Positions 38,378 to 46,487 of a DNA stretch of 64,000 nt are shown here, in pieces. The translations under genes were made by a program, and so were the position numbers. The stretch comes from Minisyncoccota bacterium. GTDB lineage: Bacteria > Patescibacteriota > Minisyncoccia > Phycocordibacterales > UBA9973. Location of the stretch: contig JBBABB010000002.1 in the NCBI GenBank assembly GCA_041657885.1, forward strand, positions 25,483 to 89,482, read 5' to 3'. Under the pieces are notes generated by a model. That model did not search any database, had not been told where the DNA came from, and saw nothing but the letters and a program-made list of their open reading frames with translations. The stretch's first letter is position 1, and each line of letters opens with the position of its first letter.

Positions 38378-38413
38378 TGTAACACTTGTCAACGGGTGTA
38401 GGTATCTGTTACA
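38378..38413. promoter_or_regulatory. Second copy of the 36-bp palindrome, TGTAACACTTGTCAACGGGTGTAGGTATCTGTTACA, downstream of the PaaX-like gene.
   Basis: Direct repeat of 37750-37785. Confidence 0.65.
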
Positions 38414-38443
38414 AATACAAAAAAATAGATTACTTGGTAATCT

Positions 38444-38565
38444 TAAATTTCTTTGTCGAGACGTTTTGCTTCGGCCCAAGAGAGCTCGTAGATTTTTTTC
38501 ATTGCATCGGCAATTTCGGCACTTTCTATAATTATTCCGAGCTTTTCTCGCCATGAGGCAATCAT
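38444..38565 (-). pseudogene. Remnant of a TrmB-family regulator paralog (C-terminal 40 aa only).
   Basis: MIASWREKLGIIIESAEIADAMKKIYELSWAEAKRLDKEI matches the C-terminus of the 26432-27226 product (MIASWKEKLGIIIESQEISDAMKKIFELAWIGAKQFKKEK). Confidence 0.7.
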
Positions 38566-38584
38566 AATTTTATTGTCGTAAACA

Positions 38585-38620
38585 AAGAGGCTCGGCGACT
38601 AAAGTCGCCGAGCCTCTTTT
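38585..38620. terminator. Bidirectional hairpin terminator.
   Basis: AAAGAGGCTCGGCGAC-taaa-GTCGCCGAGCCTCTTT. Confidence 0.7.
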
Positions 38621-38641
38621 AATTATTAATTCTTAATTATT

Positions 38642-39766
38642 TTACACCGGTGGTCTCATCTTTGACCCATTTGCATTTTCAACTTCAAAGTCCAAATGTG
38701 GACCTGTTGAACGTCCAGTATTTCCTATTTTACCAATTTGTTTTCCTTGAGAAACTTGTTGTCCAACAAATACAGATACTTTAGATAAGTGAGAATATCT
38801 TGTCCTTGTTCCATTTAGGTGCTCAATAACAATCTGATTTCCATAACGCCCACCGCAACTCCTTACTCCTTCTTTACATCCACTAACTACACTAACAACT
38901 ATACCAGAAGCCGCTGCAACTACAGGAGTTCCTCTTTTATTGCCTATATCTATACCATAATGGAATCCTCCTTTTCTTGAACCATAAGGTGAAGTAATTG
39001 GACCAGGAGCAGGTCGAATATAATATCCTGATTGAACTTTTGTATTAGATACTATTTTACCAGAGCCAGAAGATGTTGGCTGGGAAACAACTGATTTAAT
39101 AATACCGTTTGGTACGAAAATTATATCCCCCAGTTTAAGAGTATCCCCATTTGAAATACCATTAAAAATCGTTATGTCTTCTATTTCTGCCTCATATTTA
39201 TCGGCAATTTTACTTATAGTATCACCACTTTTAACAATATGTTTGACCCCGGTAACAGGCAAAATGTTAAGTTTTTGTCCAACCGAGATAGTCTGTCCAG
39301 AAATGTTGTTTTCCCAACGGATAGTGTTTGTAGAGATATTAAACTTTTCTGCTATTTCAGAAAGGGTGTCTTTTTCTTTTACTGTATAAACATTTATTTG
39401 GTCAGACAATGGACTTTTTTCTAAATTGAGTAAACTCACATCTATTTCTGATAATCCATCATTATAAATAAAAGAGTCATTCTGCACAATTACGATATCT
39501 TCCGATTTATTTGTATTTTTGAGGTCTGGGTTAATAGAAGTTTCAAGAAGAGGAATGGTTTGTGAGTTGTGAACAACATTATTACTACTCTCTGGACTGT
39601 CTGTTGTTTCGTTGGCCTGTACTTGCTCTCCTCCAAAAACCGTTGTAGTTACATCAGAAAAAAAGCCAGCATTCACCATTAAAGGAGTGCCAGCAATAAG
39701 CGAAATAGCTATAAAAAAAGAAGAAACCTTAACGATATAAGGCTTGGGAAATAAGGATATTTTCAT
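38642..39766 (-). CDS. LysM-domain M23-family peptidoglycan metallopeptidase.
   Basis: Two LysM repeats (YTVKEKDTLSEIAEKFNIS.., HIVKSGDTISKIADKY) and C-terminal M23 motifs (FHYGIDIG ... HLSK ... GNTGRSTGPHLDFEV). N-terminal signal/TM present. Confidence 0.9.
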   Translation of the reverse strand: MKISLFPKPYIVKVSSFFIAISLIAGTPLMVNAGFFSDVTTTVFGGEQVQANETTDSPESSNNVVHNSQTIPLLETSINPDLKNTNKSEDIVIVQNDSFIYNDGLSEIDVSLLNLEKSPLSDQINVYTVKEKDTLSEIAEKFNISTNTIRWENNISGQTISVGQKLNILPVTGVKHIVKSGDTISKIADKYEAEIEDITIFNGISNGDTLKLGDIIFVPNGIIKSVVSQPTSSGSGKIVSNTKVQSGYYIRPAPGPITSPYGSRKGGFHYGIDIGNKRGTPVVAAASGIVVSVVSGCKEGVRSCGGRYGNQIVIEHLNGTRTRYSHLSKVSVFVGQQVSQGKQIGKIGNTGRSTGPHLDFEVENANGSKMRPPV

Positions 39767-40136
39767 CTTACAGCCATTTTGACTAGCAGAATCGCCTAAA
39801 GAATCTTGTGTTTTTAGTTGAATAAGCCTAATTAAATAACTACACTATTTTACCCCTTGGTTAGGAACCACAGTACGACCGCATAAGCGAGGGCTGTAAT
39901 TGTTAAGTAAAACAAGCATAATTGTTACAATCGTCTCAGGAAAGCTTGAAAAATATAGCTTTTTTCGGATTCTCTGCACCATAAGACCCATACCAGAGGC
40001 CCTATCTCTATAAAGGGTAGCCCATATGGAAATGATAGTCAACCGAGTAATCCACAGGTAATCCACATGGGTGTTATTAGAACATATAATCAAAATTAGA
40101 CAAGAAATTAAATCCGGTGGTATAATATACTTGTAT

Positions 40137-42077
40137 ATGAAAAATCTAGACAAAAATAGAATTGAATTGGCACAAATAGAAGATGCTCCTGATAAAATAC
40201 CATGGAAATTAACTGAAATAGAAAAAGGAATGGCAGAGAAAGTTCCTTTTGAAGAAATAAATAAGGATGAAGAATCTTGGACAGGTCAAGATGAAAAAAT
40301 ATTAAATGAGTTGCTGATTTTTATTAAAAATATAGAAATCCATATAGCAGAAATAGACACTGAGTTGAATATAATAAAAAAAGAAATAAAAAGTCCTATA
40401 ACTGTAAATAACGAAACAAAAGGAGTAAAGGATTATTCAACAGATTTTATAAAAGAGAAAATTTTACCCCTTTTAGAAAAAAATAAAGAAATAGATGAAA
40501 TCATAAGTTTTGAAATAAAAGGAATTGGTAAAGAAATAAGACTAAACATAGTAGTAAAAAGTTATGGCTTTAATATAAAAGTACAAGTAACTTTTGAAAA
40601 CAAAGGGGATGGTGTTGCAGTAAAAGATGATTATATAATTGACGCAAAATGGCCAGTAAAAGGAAAAGCAGAAAAAGAATTAGTACCACAACTTGGTAAA
40701 GTTTCTGAAATGTTAAAAATGTATATAGAAAAAGAAGGGGGTAAAAAAATTGAAAAAATTTGGATTGAAGATGGAAAGTTAAAAGCACTATCTAAAACAA
40801 AAAAAGAACTAGAGAAAGAAAAAACGGAACAGCTTGAAATCCTTGCGAGAGTAAAAAAGGGAGTAGAAGATTTGTTGGCTAAAAAAAATAAAGCGGTAGG
40901 TACAAATAAAAATATTATGAAAGGAAAAGACCCAGAAGTGGATTCTGTGGTTGATGAAGACGAGGTGAGAGTAGATAACCCTAAAGATGGAAAAGAAAAA
41001 AAACAAGCCCGAGATCGTAAACTTTTAAAAGCAGTTGTTGGTGGAGCAATCATAATGGCTAGTGGATATTTTGCATATTACTTTGTGGGCAATAAAAGAT
41101 TACCTGTAAATAAAGATCATAATACTGCCGTTGGTCAAGATCCAGAAAATAAATTAATTAAAACTTATTCATATCCTACTGGTAAATCTGAAGAAATAAT
41201 AGATACTGGAACAAAAGAGACCAAAGATGTAACCGTCAAAAATAGTGAAAATATTAACCAAGTAGAAGAAATTGAAAAACCAAAAGTTGTAGTTGATACA
41301 ACAACTCTTAACAATCAAAATATATCATCAGAAAAATTTGTAGAAATTAATAATGACTCAATAAAAACACCCGATGTTATTATTTCTCATTATTCAGGTG
41401 GAGTATTGGGTAGACTTGAACAGGCGTATGATCAAAATATAAAACATCTTTTCCCTAATAACATAAATAATCATGCGTGGGATAATGTAAAAGGTAAAAG
41501 TCCAAATGATTTGTTTAAACTTGAGAAAGAAGGAGGTCTAAACGAAATGTACAAACCATTAGCTGTTTATCTTCACAAGCTTGAAATAACCACGGGTCTT
41601 TCTCCAGAAAATGAAACAACATCTGAATACATGAATCGTGGATTAGAAAAAGCCTATGAAATGGGAAGATTAAAAAATGTAGAATTATTGGATGCCCCGA
41701 AAATCGAAGTTGAGCAAATTCCAAGCAATAATATAACCCCCGAAGAAATTTTCAAAATAACGGGTGTTAAAGAATTAAATGTTGGTGAATTAAAAGACTG
41801 GGAAAATATAATTAAGGGGTATGAAGCTGATGGGTATAAGGATATTTATGGACAACTACCTTTTAAAACGAAAATGGACGGGGTTGAGTTAAAAGAATTG
41901 CACGCGGTTGCAATAGAAAATAATGCCATGACACAAGAAGCAGTAAAAGTCGCATCAAATGCTAAAATGGATAATGTTATGGAATTAATAAACGGCAAAG
42001 AATTTTATGATTATTATCTTGAAAAAATAACACCAGATAAGAGGATTAAACTAATACATATCAAGTTTTATAAATAG
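40137..42077 (+). CDS. Hypothetical large K/E-rich protein with one central TM (about 646 aa from ATG 40137).
   Basis: Long ORF. TATAAT at 40121-40126 lies just upstream of the ATG. TM segment LLKAVVGGAIIMASGYFAYYFV. Confidence 0.6.
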   Translation: MKNLDKNRIELAQIEDAPDKIPWKLTEIEKGMAEKVPFEEINKDEESWTGQDEKILNELLIFIKNIEIHIAEIDTELNIIKKEIKSPITVNNETKGVKDYSTDFIKEKILPLLEKNKEIDEIISFEIKGIGKEIRLNIVVKSYGFNIKVQVTFENKGDGVAVKDDYIIDAKWPVKGKAEKELVPQLGKVSEMLKMYIEKEGGKKIEKIWIEDGKLKALSKTKKELEKEKTEQLEILARVKKGVEDLLAKKNKAVGTNKNIMKGKDPEVDSVVDEDEVRVDNPKDGKEKKQARDRKLLKAVVGGAIIMASGYFAYYFVGNKRLPVNKDHNTAVGQDPENKLIKTYSYPTGKSEEIIDTGTKETKDVTVKNSENINQVEEIEKPKVVVDTTTLNNQNISSEKFVEINNDSIKTPDVIISHYSGGVLGRLEQAYDQNIKHLFPNNINNHAWDNVKGKSPNDLFKLEKEGGLNEMYKPLAVYLHKLEITTGLSPENETTSEYMNRGLEKAYEMGRLKNVELLDAPKIEVEQIPSNNITPEEIFKITGVKELNVGELKDWENIIKGYEADGYKDIYGQLPFKTKMDGVELKELHAVAIENNAMTQEAVKVASNAKMDNVMELINGKEFYDYYLEKITPDKRIKLIHIKFYK

Positions 42078-42107
42078 GTTTAAACTACAATTAATAATAA
42101 AAAATAT

Positions 42108-42416
42108 ATGTTCAATCAAATAAATAAAAATATAGTTGTAATCCTAGGAATTAATACTTTGCCTGTCGAACAACAAAAAGAGGCCATGGAGCGTCTTGGT
42201 GCTATTGTTTATCAAGAGGTAATGTTGCGTGTTCTTGATATTTTAACAGAAGAAGACAAAGATGAATTTGAGAAATTAATTGAGAAAGATCCAAACCCAG
42301 AAATGATGTTTGAGTTTTTATCAAATAAAATATCAAATTTTGAAGAAATAGTAAAAGAAGAAGCAGAAAAGTTAAGAGAAGAAAGTGCAGAAATCATAAG
42401 CGAAATAGGGAAATAA
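42108..42416 (+). CDS. Hypothetical small acidic protein (102 aa).
   Basis: ORF only. Confidence 0.45.
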   Translation: MFNQINKNIVVILGINTLPVEQQKEAMERLGAIVYQEVMLRVLDILTEEDKDEFEKLIEKDPNPEMMFEFLSNKISNFEEIVKEEAEKLREESAEIISEIGK

Positions 42417-42434
42417 AATGCTACAATAGGAGTC

Positions 42435-44456
42435 ATGCGATATCTTGATTCTTTGAATGAAAAACAAAAAGAGGCAGTTCTTTATACGGATGGGCCTCTT
42501 TTGATTGTAGCTGGGGCTGGAGCAGGGAAGACGAAAACATTGACTCACCGAATAATTCACCTTATCCACAAAGGAGTAAACCCGAGCTCAATATTGGCAG
42601 TAACCTTTACAAATAAGGCCGCAAAGGAAATGCGGGATAGGGTTATGGGATTGTTGGAAGATAGGGAGCATGGAGTTAGTGCGCCCGAGCGAAGCGAGGG
42701 CGCCCCATTCGTCTCCACCTTTCACTCACTTGGGGTTCATATTATAAAAGAAAATTCTCATTTGATAGGTTTGAATAAATATTTCACGATTATAGACGAG
42801 AGCGATGCGCTGAGCATCATCAAAAGCATAATGAAAGAACGCGACATAGATACAAAACAACATGAGCCAAGAAAAATAAAATCAATTATTTCAAAGTCAA
42901 AAGGTGACTTTATTACAGTAGATACATTTAGTGCCAATGCAAAAAGTGCTGTGCAAAGTATCGTCGCAATGATTTGGCGAGATTATGAAGCAAGATTGAA
43001 AAAAGAAAAAGCATTGGACTTCGACGATTTACTTCTTGAGACAGTTTTGATTTTAAAAAAATATCCGGAGATAAAACAAAAATATCAAGAGGAGTGGAAA
43101 TATCTTCATATAGATGAGTACCAAGATACGAACGAAGTTCAATATGAAATGACAAAACTTTTAGTCGGAAAAGAAGAAAATATTTGTGTTACGGGAGATT
43201 GCGATCAATGTGTGTATTCATGGCGAGGTGCTAGCATCAAAAACATGTTGCACTTTGAAAAAGATTATCCAAACGCCAAGATAGTAATACTCGAACAAAA
43301 TTACCGCTCAACAAAAAATATTATTGAAGCGGCAAATAGTGTTATTGAGAAAAATGTTTATCGCGTGCCTAAAATTTTATTTACGGAAAATGTGAAAGGG
43401 GAGGAGATTACGATTTGCGAAGCTTATGATGAACAAAGTGAAGCAATATTTGTGGTAAAAAAGATAGACGAATTTTTAAAAGAAAATAATCCCGAAGATA
43501 TCGCGATACTTTATCGTGCAAACTTTCAATCAAGAGTTTTAGAAGAGGCATTACTTGATAAACAAATTCCTTATCAAGTACTTGGAGTAAAATTCTTTGA
43601 ACGAAAAGAAATTAAAGATTTGCTCGCATACATTCGCCTCTCTTACAATAAAGAAAGTTTGTCGGACATAAAAAGAATAATAAATATTCCAACTCGTGGA
43701 ATAGGGAAGACCACAATCGCAAAACTTTTTGCGGGGACTACAAATGATTTACCAAAAGGAATGCAAATAAAAATTGGAAAATTCTATGAGCTTGTTGACG
43801 GCATACGATTGTATATTGACTCTCATAAACCATCTGAATCTGTGAAATACGTGATAGAGAAAAGTGGACTAAAAGAGGAGCTTTCTCACGGCACGAGCGA
43901 CGAACAAGAACGCTTGGAAAATATGATGGAATTGGTAACTTTAGCTATAAAATATGACAATATTCCAGACGGTGAAGGAATGGAAAAACTACTTGAAGAT
44001 GCATCTCTTGCAAGCGACCAAGACACTCTGATGCACCCCATTAAAAACCGCGAGGGATCACAAGGACCCTCTGTTTCTAACGGGACAGGTAAGGGAAATG
44101 GCGTGAAGTTAATGACAGTGCATGCATCGAAAGGTCTTGAGTTTAAATATGTTTTCATCACGGGGCTTGAACAAGATTTATTCCCACATACAAAAGGAAA
44201 TTCAAAAACAAAAGAAGACAACGAGGAAGAGAGAAGATTATTTTACGTGGCCGTCACTCGAGCAAGGGAAAAATTATTTTTATCTTATGCATCACTCCGA
44301 ACAATTTTTGGAATGAAACAAGTGAACAGCCCAAGCGAATTCATTTACGATATTCCCGCACACTTAACAATTTTTGAACAAGCATATTCTTCAAGGGGAC
44401 CTGCCCGCCCTCACAAAGATTCGGGAGCAGGCGGGGAGAAAGTGGTGTATTTATAG
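42435..44456 (+). CDS. pcrA: UvrD/PcrA-family ATP-dependent DNA helicase.
   Basis: Motif I AGAGAGKTKTLTHR, Ia TFTNKAAKEM, II LHIDEYQDTN, plus later motifs. The C-terminus carries a family D insertion (..ARPHKDSGAGGEKVVYL). Confidence 0.92.
   Translation: MRYLDSLNEKQKEAVLYTDGPLLIVAGAGAGKTKTLTHRIIHLIHKGVNPSSILAVTFTNKAAKEMRDRVMGLLEDREHGVSAPERSEGAPFVSTFHSLGVHIIKENSHLIGLNKYFTIIDESDALSIIKSIMKERDIDTKQHEPRKIKSIISKSKGDFITVDTFSANAKSAVQSIVAMIWRDYEARLKKEKALDFDDLLLETVLILKKYPEIKQKYQEEWKYLHIDEYQDTNEVQYEMTKLLVGKEENICVTGDCDQCVYSWRGASIKNMLHFEKDYPNAKIVILEQNYRSTKNIIEAANSVIEKNVYRVPKILFTENVKGEEITICEAYDEQSEAIFVVKKIDEFLKENNPEDIAILYRANFQSRVLEEALLDKQIPYQVLGVKFFERKEIKDLLAYIRLSYNKESLSDIKRIINIPTRGIGKTTIAKLFAGTTNDLPKGMQIKIGKFYELVDGIRLYIDSHKPSESVKYVIEKSGLKEELSHGTSDEQERLENMMELVTLAIKYDNIPDGEGMEKLLEDASLASDQDTLMHPIKNREGSQGPSVSNGTGKGNGVKLMTVHASKGLEFKYVFITGLEQDLFPHTKGNSKTKEDNEEERRLFYVAVTRAREKLFLSYASLRTIFGMKQVNSPSEFIYDIPAHLTIFEQAYSSRGPARPHKDSGAGGEKVVYL
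44398..44441. repeat. Family D GC-rich hairpin element, in-frame at the helicase C-terminus.
   Basis: gaCCTGCCCGCCCTCACaaagATTCGGGAGCAGGCGGGGAgaa, about 90% identical to 16291-16331 in tig. Confidence 0.75.
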
Positions 44457-44457
44457 A

Positions 44458-44568
44458 TTCCCCTCGTTGAGGGGTGCCCGTAGGGTGGGGTGGATTTAAT
44501 TAATTAACCCATCCACCCCGTCCTCTGGTTACAGAGTCCACCCCTCAAGAGGGGAATTAATACAGAAA
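44458..44568. repeat. Family C composite palindrome of about 110 bp, intergenic between the helicase and rsmA.
   Basis: ATTCCCCTCgTTGAGGGGTGCCCGTAGGGTGGGGTGGAT ... ATCCACCCCGTCC ... CACCCCTCAAGAGGGGAAT. A shorter copy lies at 56986-57051. Confidence 0.8.
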
Positions 44569-44589
44569 ATTTGTGTTAATATTATTTGT

Positions 44590-45477
44590 ATGATTCATAA
44601 AGCGAAAAAATCAATGGGGCAGAATTTTCTTAAGTCCAAACCGGCACTCAATATGATGTGCGAGGCAGGAGAGGTAAATAACTCCGATACTATTCTTGAA
44701 ATTGGTCCGGGGAAAGGAGTACTGACAGAAAAACTTTTAGAAAAGGCGGGGAAGGTGATAGCGATTGAAAAAGACCGAGAACTATTTGAATTTTTAAAAG
44801 AAAAATTTGGAGAAGAAATAAAAAATAAAAAATTAATTTTATTAAATGAAGATATATTACAGTTTGAGTTCCCCTCCCCTTTGGGGAGGGCTGGGGAGGG
44901 GTTCCTAATTAAGAACCTCCCCTCATTCCCCTCCAAAGGAGGGGAGGAAATCAATTCTTATAAAATCATCGCCAACATTCCGTATAATATTACCGGCTCA
45001 ATTTTAAAAAAGTTTCTATCTTGCGAGAATCAACCAGAAAGAATGGTTCTCTTAGTGCAAAAAGAAGTCGCGGAAAGAATTGTCACTCGCGATGGCAAAG
45101 AAAGTATTTTGTCACTAAGCGTGAAGGCATACGGGACTCCGAAATACATAATGAAGGTTCATAAGCGATTTTTCTCACCAGCTCCTAAAGTAGATTCGGC
45201 TATTATTGCAATCAATAATATTTCTAGACAGAATTTTCATACAAAAAATGAAGAAAATGTGTTTTTTGGCTTGGTTAAAACAGGTTTTGCTCACAAAAGA
45301 AAAGTTCTTCGTAAAAATCTGGAAACTAAGGAAGTCGGACCCTCCTCGTCGGCGGGCATGCTTCCAAAGATTGATGAGATTTTTGAAAAATTAGGAATTA
45401 ATCCGAATGCTCGCGCCGAGGATATCAAGTTCGAAAAATGGCTTCTGATTTCTCGTCTTTTATCCACAGATATCTAG
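44590..45477 (+). CDS. rsmA: 16S rRNA (adenine1518/1519-N6)-dimethyltransferase RsmA/KsgA, with an in-frame insertion of about 27 aa.
   Basis: MGQNFLKS, EIGPGKGVLT, NIPYNITG. The family B palindrome encodes EFPSPLGRAGEGFLIKNLPSFPSKGGEEI just before the NIPYNI motif. Confidence 0.9.
   Translation: MIHKAKKSMGQNFLKSKPALNMMCEAGEVNNSDTILEIGPGKGVLTEKLLEKAGKVIAIEKDRELFEFLKEKFGEEIKNKKLILLNEDILQFEFPSPLGRAGEGFLIKNLPSFPSKGGEEINSYKIIANIPYNITGSILKKFLSCENQPERMVLLVQKEVAERIVTRDGKESILSLSVKAYGTPKYIMKVHKRFFSPAPKVDSAIIAINNISRQNFHTKNEENVFFGLVKTGFAHKRKVLRKNLETKEVGPSSSAGMLPKIDEIFEKLGINPNARAEDIKFEKWLLISRLLSTDI
44868..44949. repeat. Family B GC-rich palindromic element of about 82 bp, in-frame inside rsmA.
   Basis: TTCCCCTCCCCTTTGGGGAGGGCTGGGGAGGGGTTCCTAATT | AATTAAGAACCTCCCCTCATTCCCCTCCAAAGGAGGGGAGGAA. 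An intergenic reverse-complement copy lies at 56449-56540. Confidence 0.85.
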
Positions 45478-45555
45478 GATATTTTAATAAAAAGTTGTAT
45501 AATTTACTCGTAAAAAGAAAATCGTGAAAAGTGAACAGTTGTAATCCGTGTCAAT

Positions 45556-46452
45556 ATGAATAACTTTAAAAAATATCTTCCGAGTAAAAGTTTTTTTGCA
45601 GTTATTATCTCTATTATTGTATTAATAGGTTTGTTTTTCGGCATATTTTTTGGAATTAAAGGAATTATATCTTTATTTAAGAATAAAAAATTAGCAAAAG
45701 ATGGTAAACAAGTTGAGGTAACCGTGGGAGAAATTATCCAAAAAGATAGCAACGATAACGGTATCGCTGATTGGGAAGAGTATCTATGGGGTCTTGACCC
45801 GAAGAAAAGTGGACCAGAAAACAAAGATTTTATTTTAGCTAAGAAAAAAGCATTGGAAGAAAGTGGCGTTTTGGTTTCCGATGAGACTAAAACACTAACA
45901 GACAATGACATGCTTTCGCAAGAATTTTTCGCAACAATTATCTCCTTACAACAAACGGGTGACTTGAACACAGAGTCAATGAAATCTGTTGCGAAAGCTT
46001 TAGGGAAAAATATTGTGGCCGTTCCAATTCCTGATATTTATACAAATAATATGTTGACTGTAGAAAATGATTCTGCTACTGCAAACACCGCTTATCATGA
46101 GGCATTGGTAGAACTTATAACTAAATATAGTAATGCCGATATTGGAAGTGAGTTAACCTTTATCACTCAAGGGCTAAGCAATAAAGACCCAAGTGCACTT
46201 TATGCTGCCACAACCGTTGCTGATGCGTATAGAGCATTCGGAGAAGAACTTATCCAAATACCCGTTCCGAGGTCATTGTCTACCGCGCACTTAAGCGCCG
46301 CCAATAACTATGAAAAAGTAGGTCAGACAATAAATGACCTGGCAAAAATACTATCCGACCCGCTCATTGGGATGAAGGCAATTATCAGTTACAAAAATTA
46401 CAGTGACCTCTTGGCTTCTGACTTAGAAAAAATTTCAACAACTTTGCAATAG
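45556..46452 (+). CDS. Hypothetical N-terminally membrane-anchored protein (298 aa).
   Basis: TM segment FFAVIISIIVLIGLFFGIFFGI. Confidence 0.55.
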   Translation: MNNFKKYLPSKSFFAVIISIIVLIGLFFGIFFGIKGIISLFKNKKLAKDGKQVEVTVGEIIQKDSNDNGIADWEEYLWGLDPKKSGPENKDFILAKKKALEESGVLVSDETKTLTDNDMLSQEFFATIISLQQTGDLNTESMKSVAKALGKNIVAVPIPDIYTNNMLTVENDSATANTAYHEALVELITKYSNADIGSELTFITQGLSNKDPSALYAATTVADAYRAFGEELIQIPVPRSLSTAHLSAANNYEKVGQTINDLAKILSDPLIGMKAIISYKNYSDLLASDLEKISTTLQ

Positions 46453-46487
46453 GTAGTAATAAAGTAGTATAATATCAGTAATTATTT

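Noticed and set aside
39767-40136. RNase P RNA / tmRNA / SRP RNA in the long intergenic region
   Set aside because: I could not find the conserved P4 (GGAAAGUCCGG / ACAGAA.CCGGCUUA), the tmRNA tag or T-arm, or SRP domain IV motifs on either strand.
39845-40153. 102-aa minus-strand ORF
   Set aside because: Low-complexity, it overlaps the divergent promoter region and the start of the 40137 gene, and it has no motif. Likely spurious.
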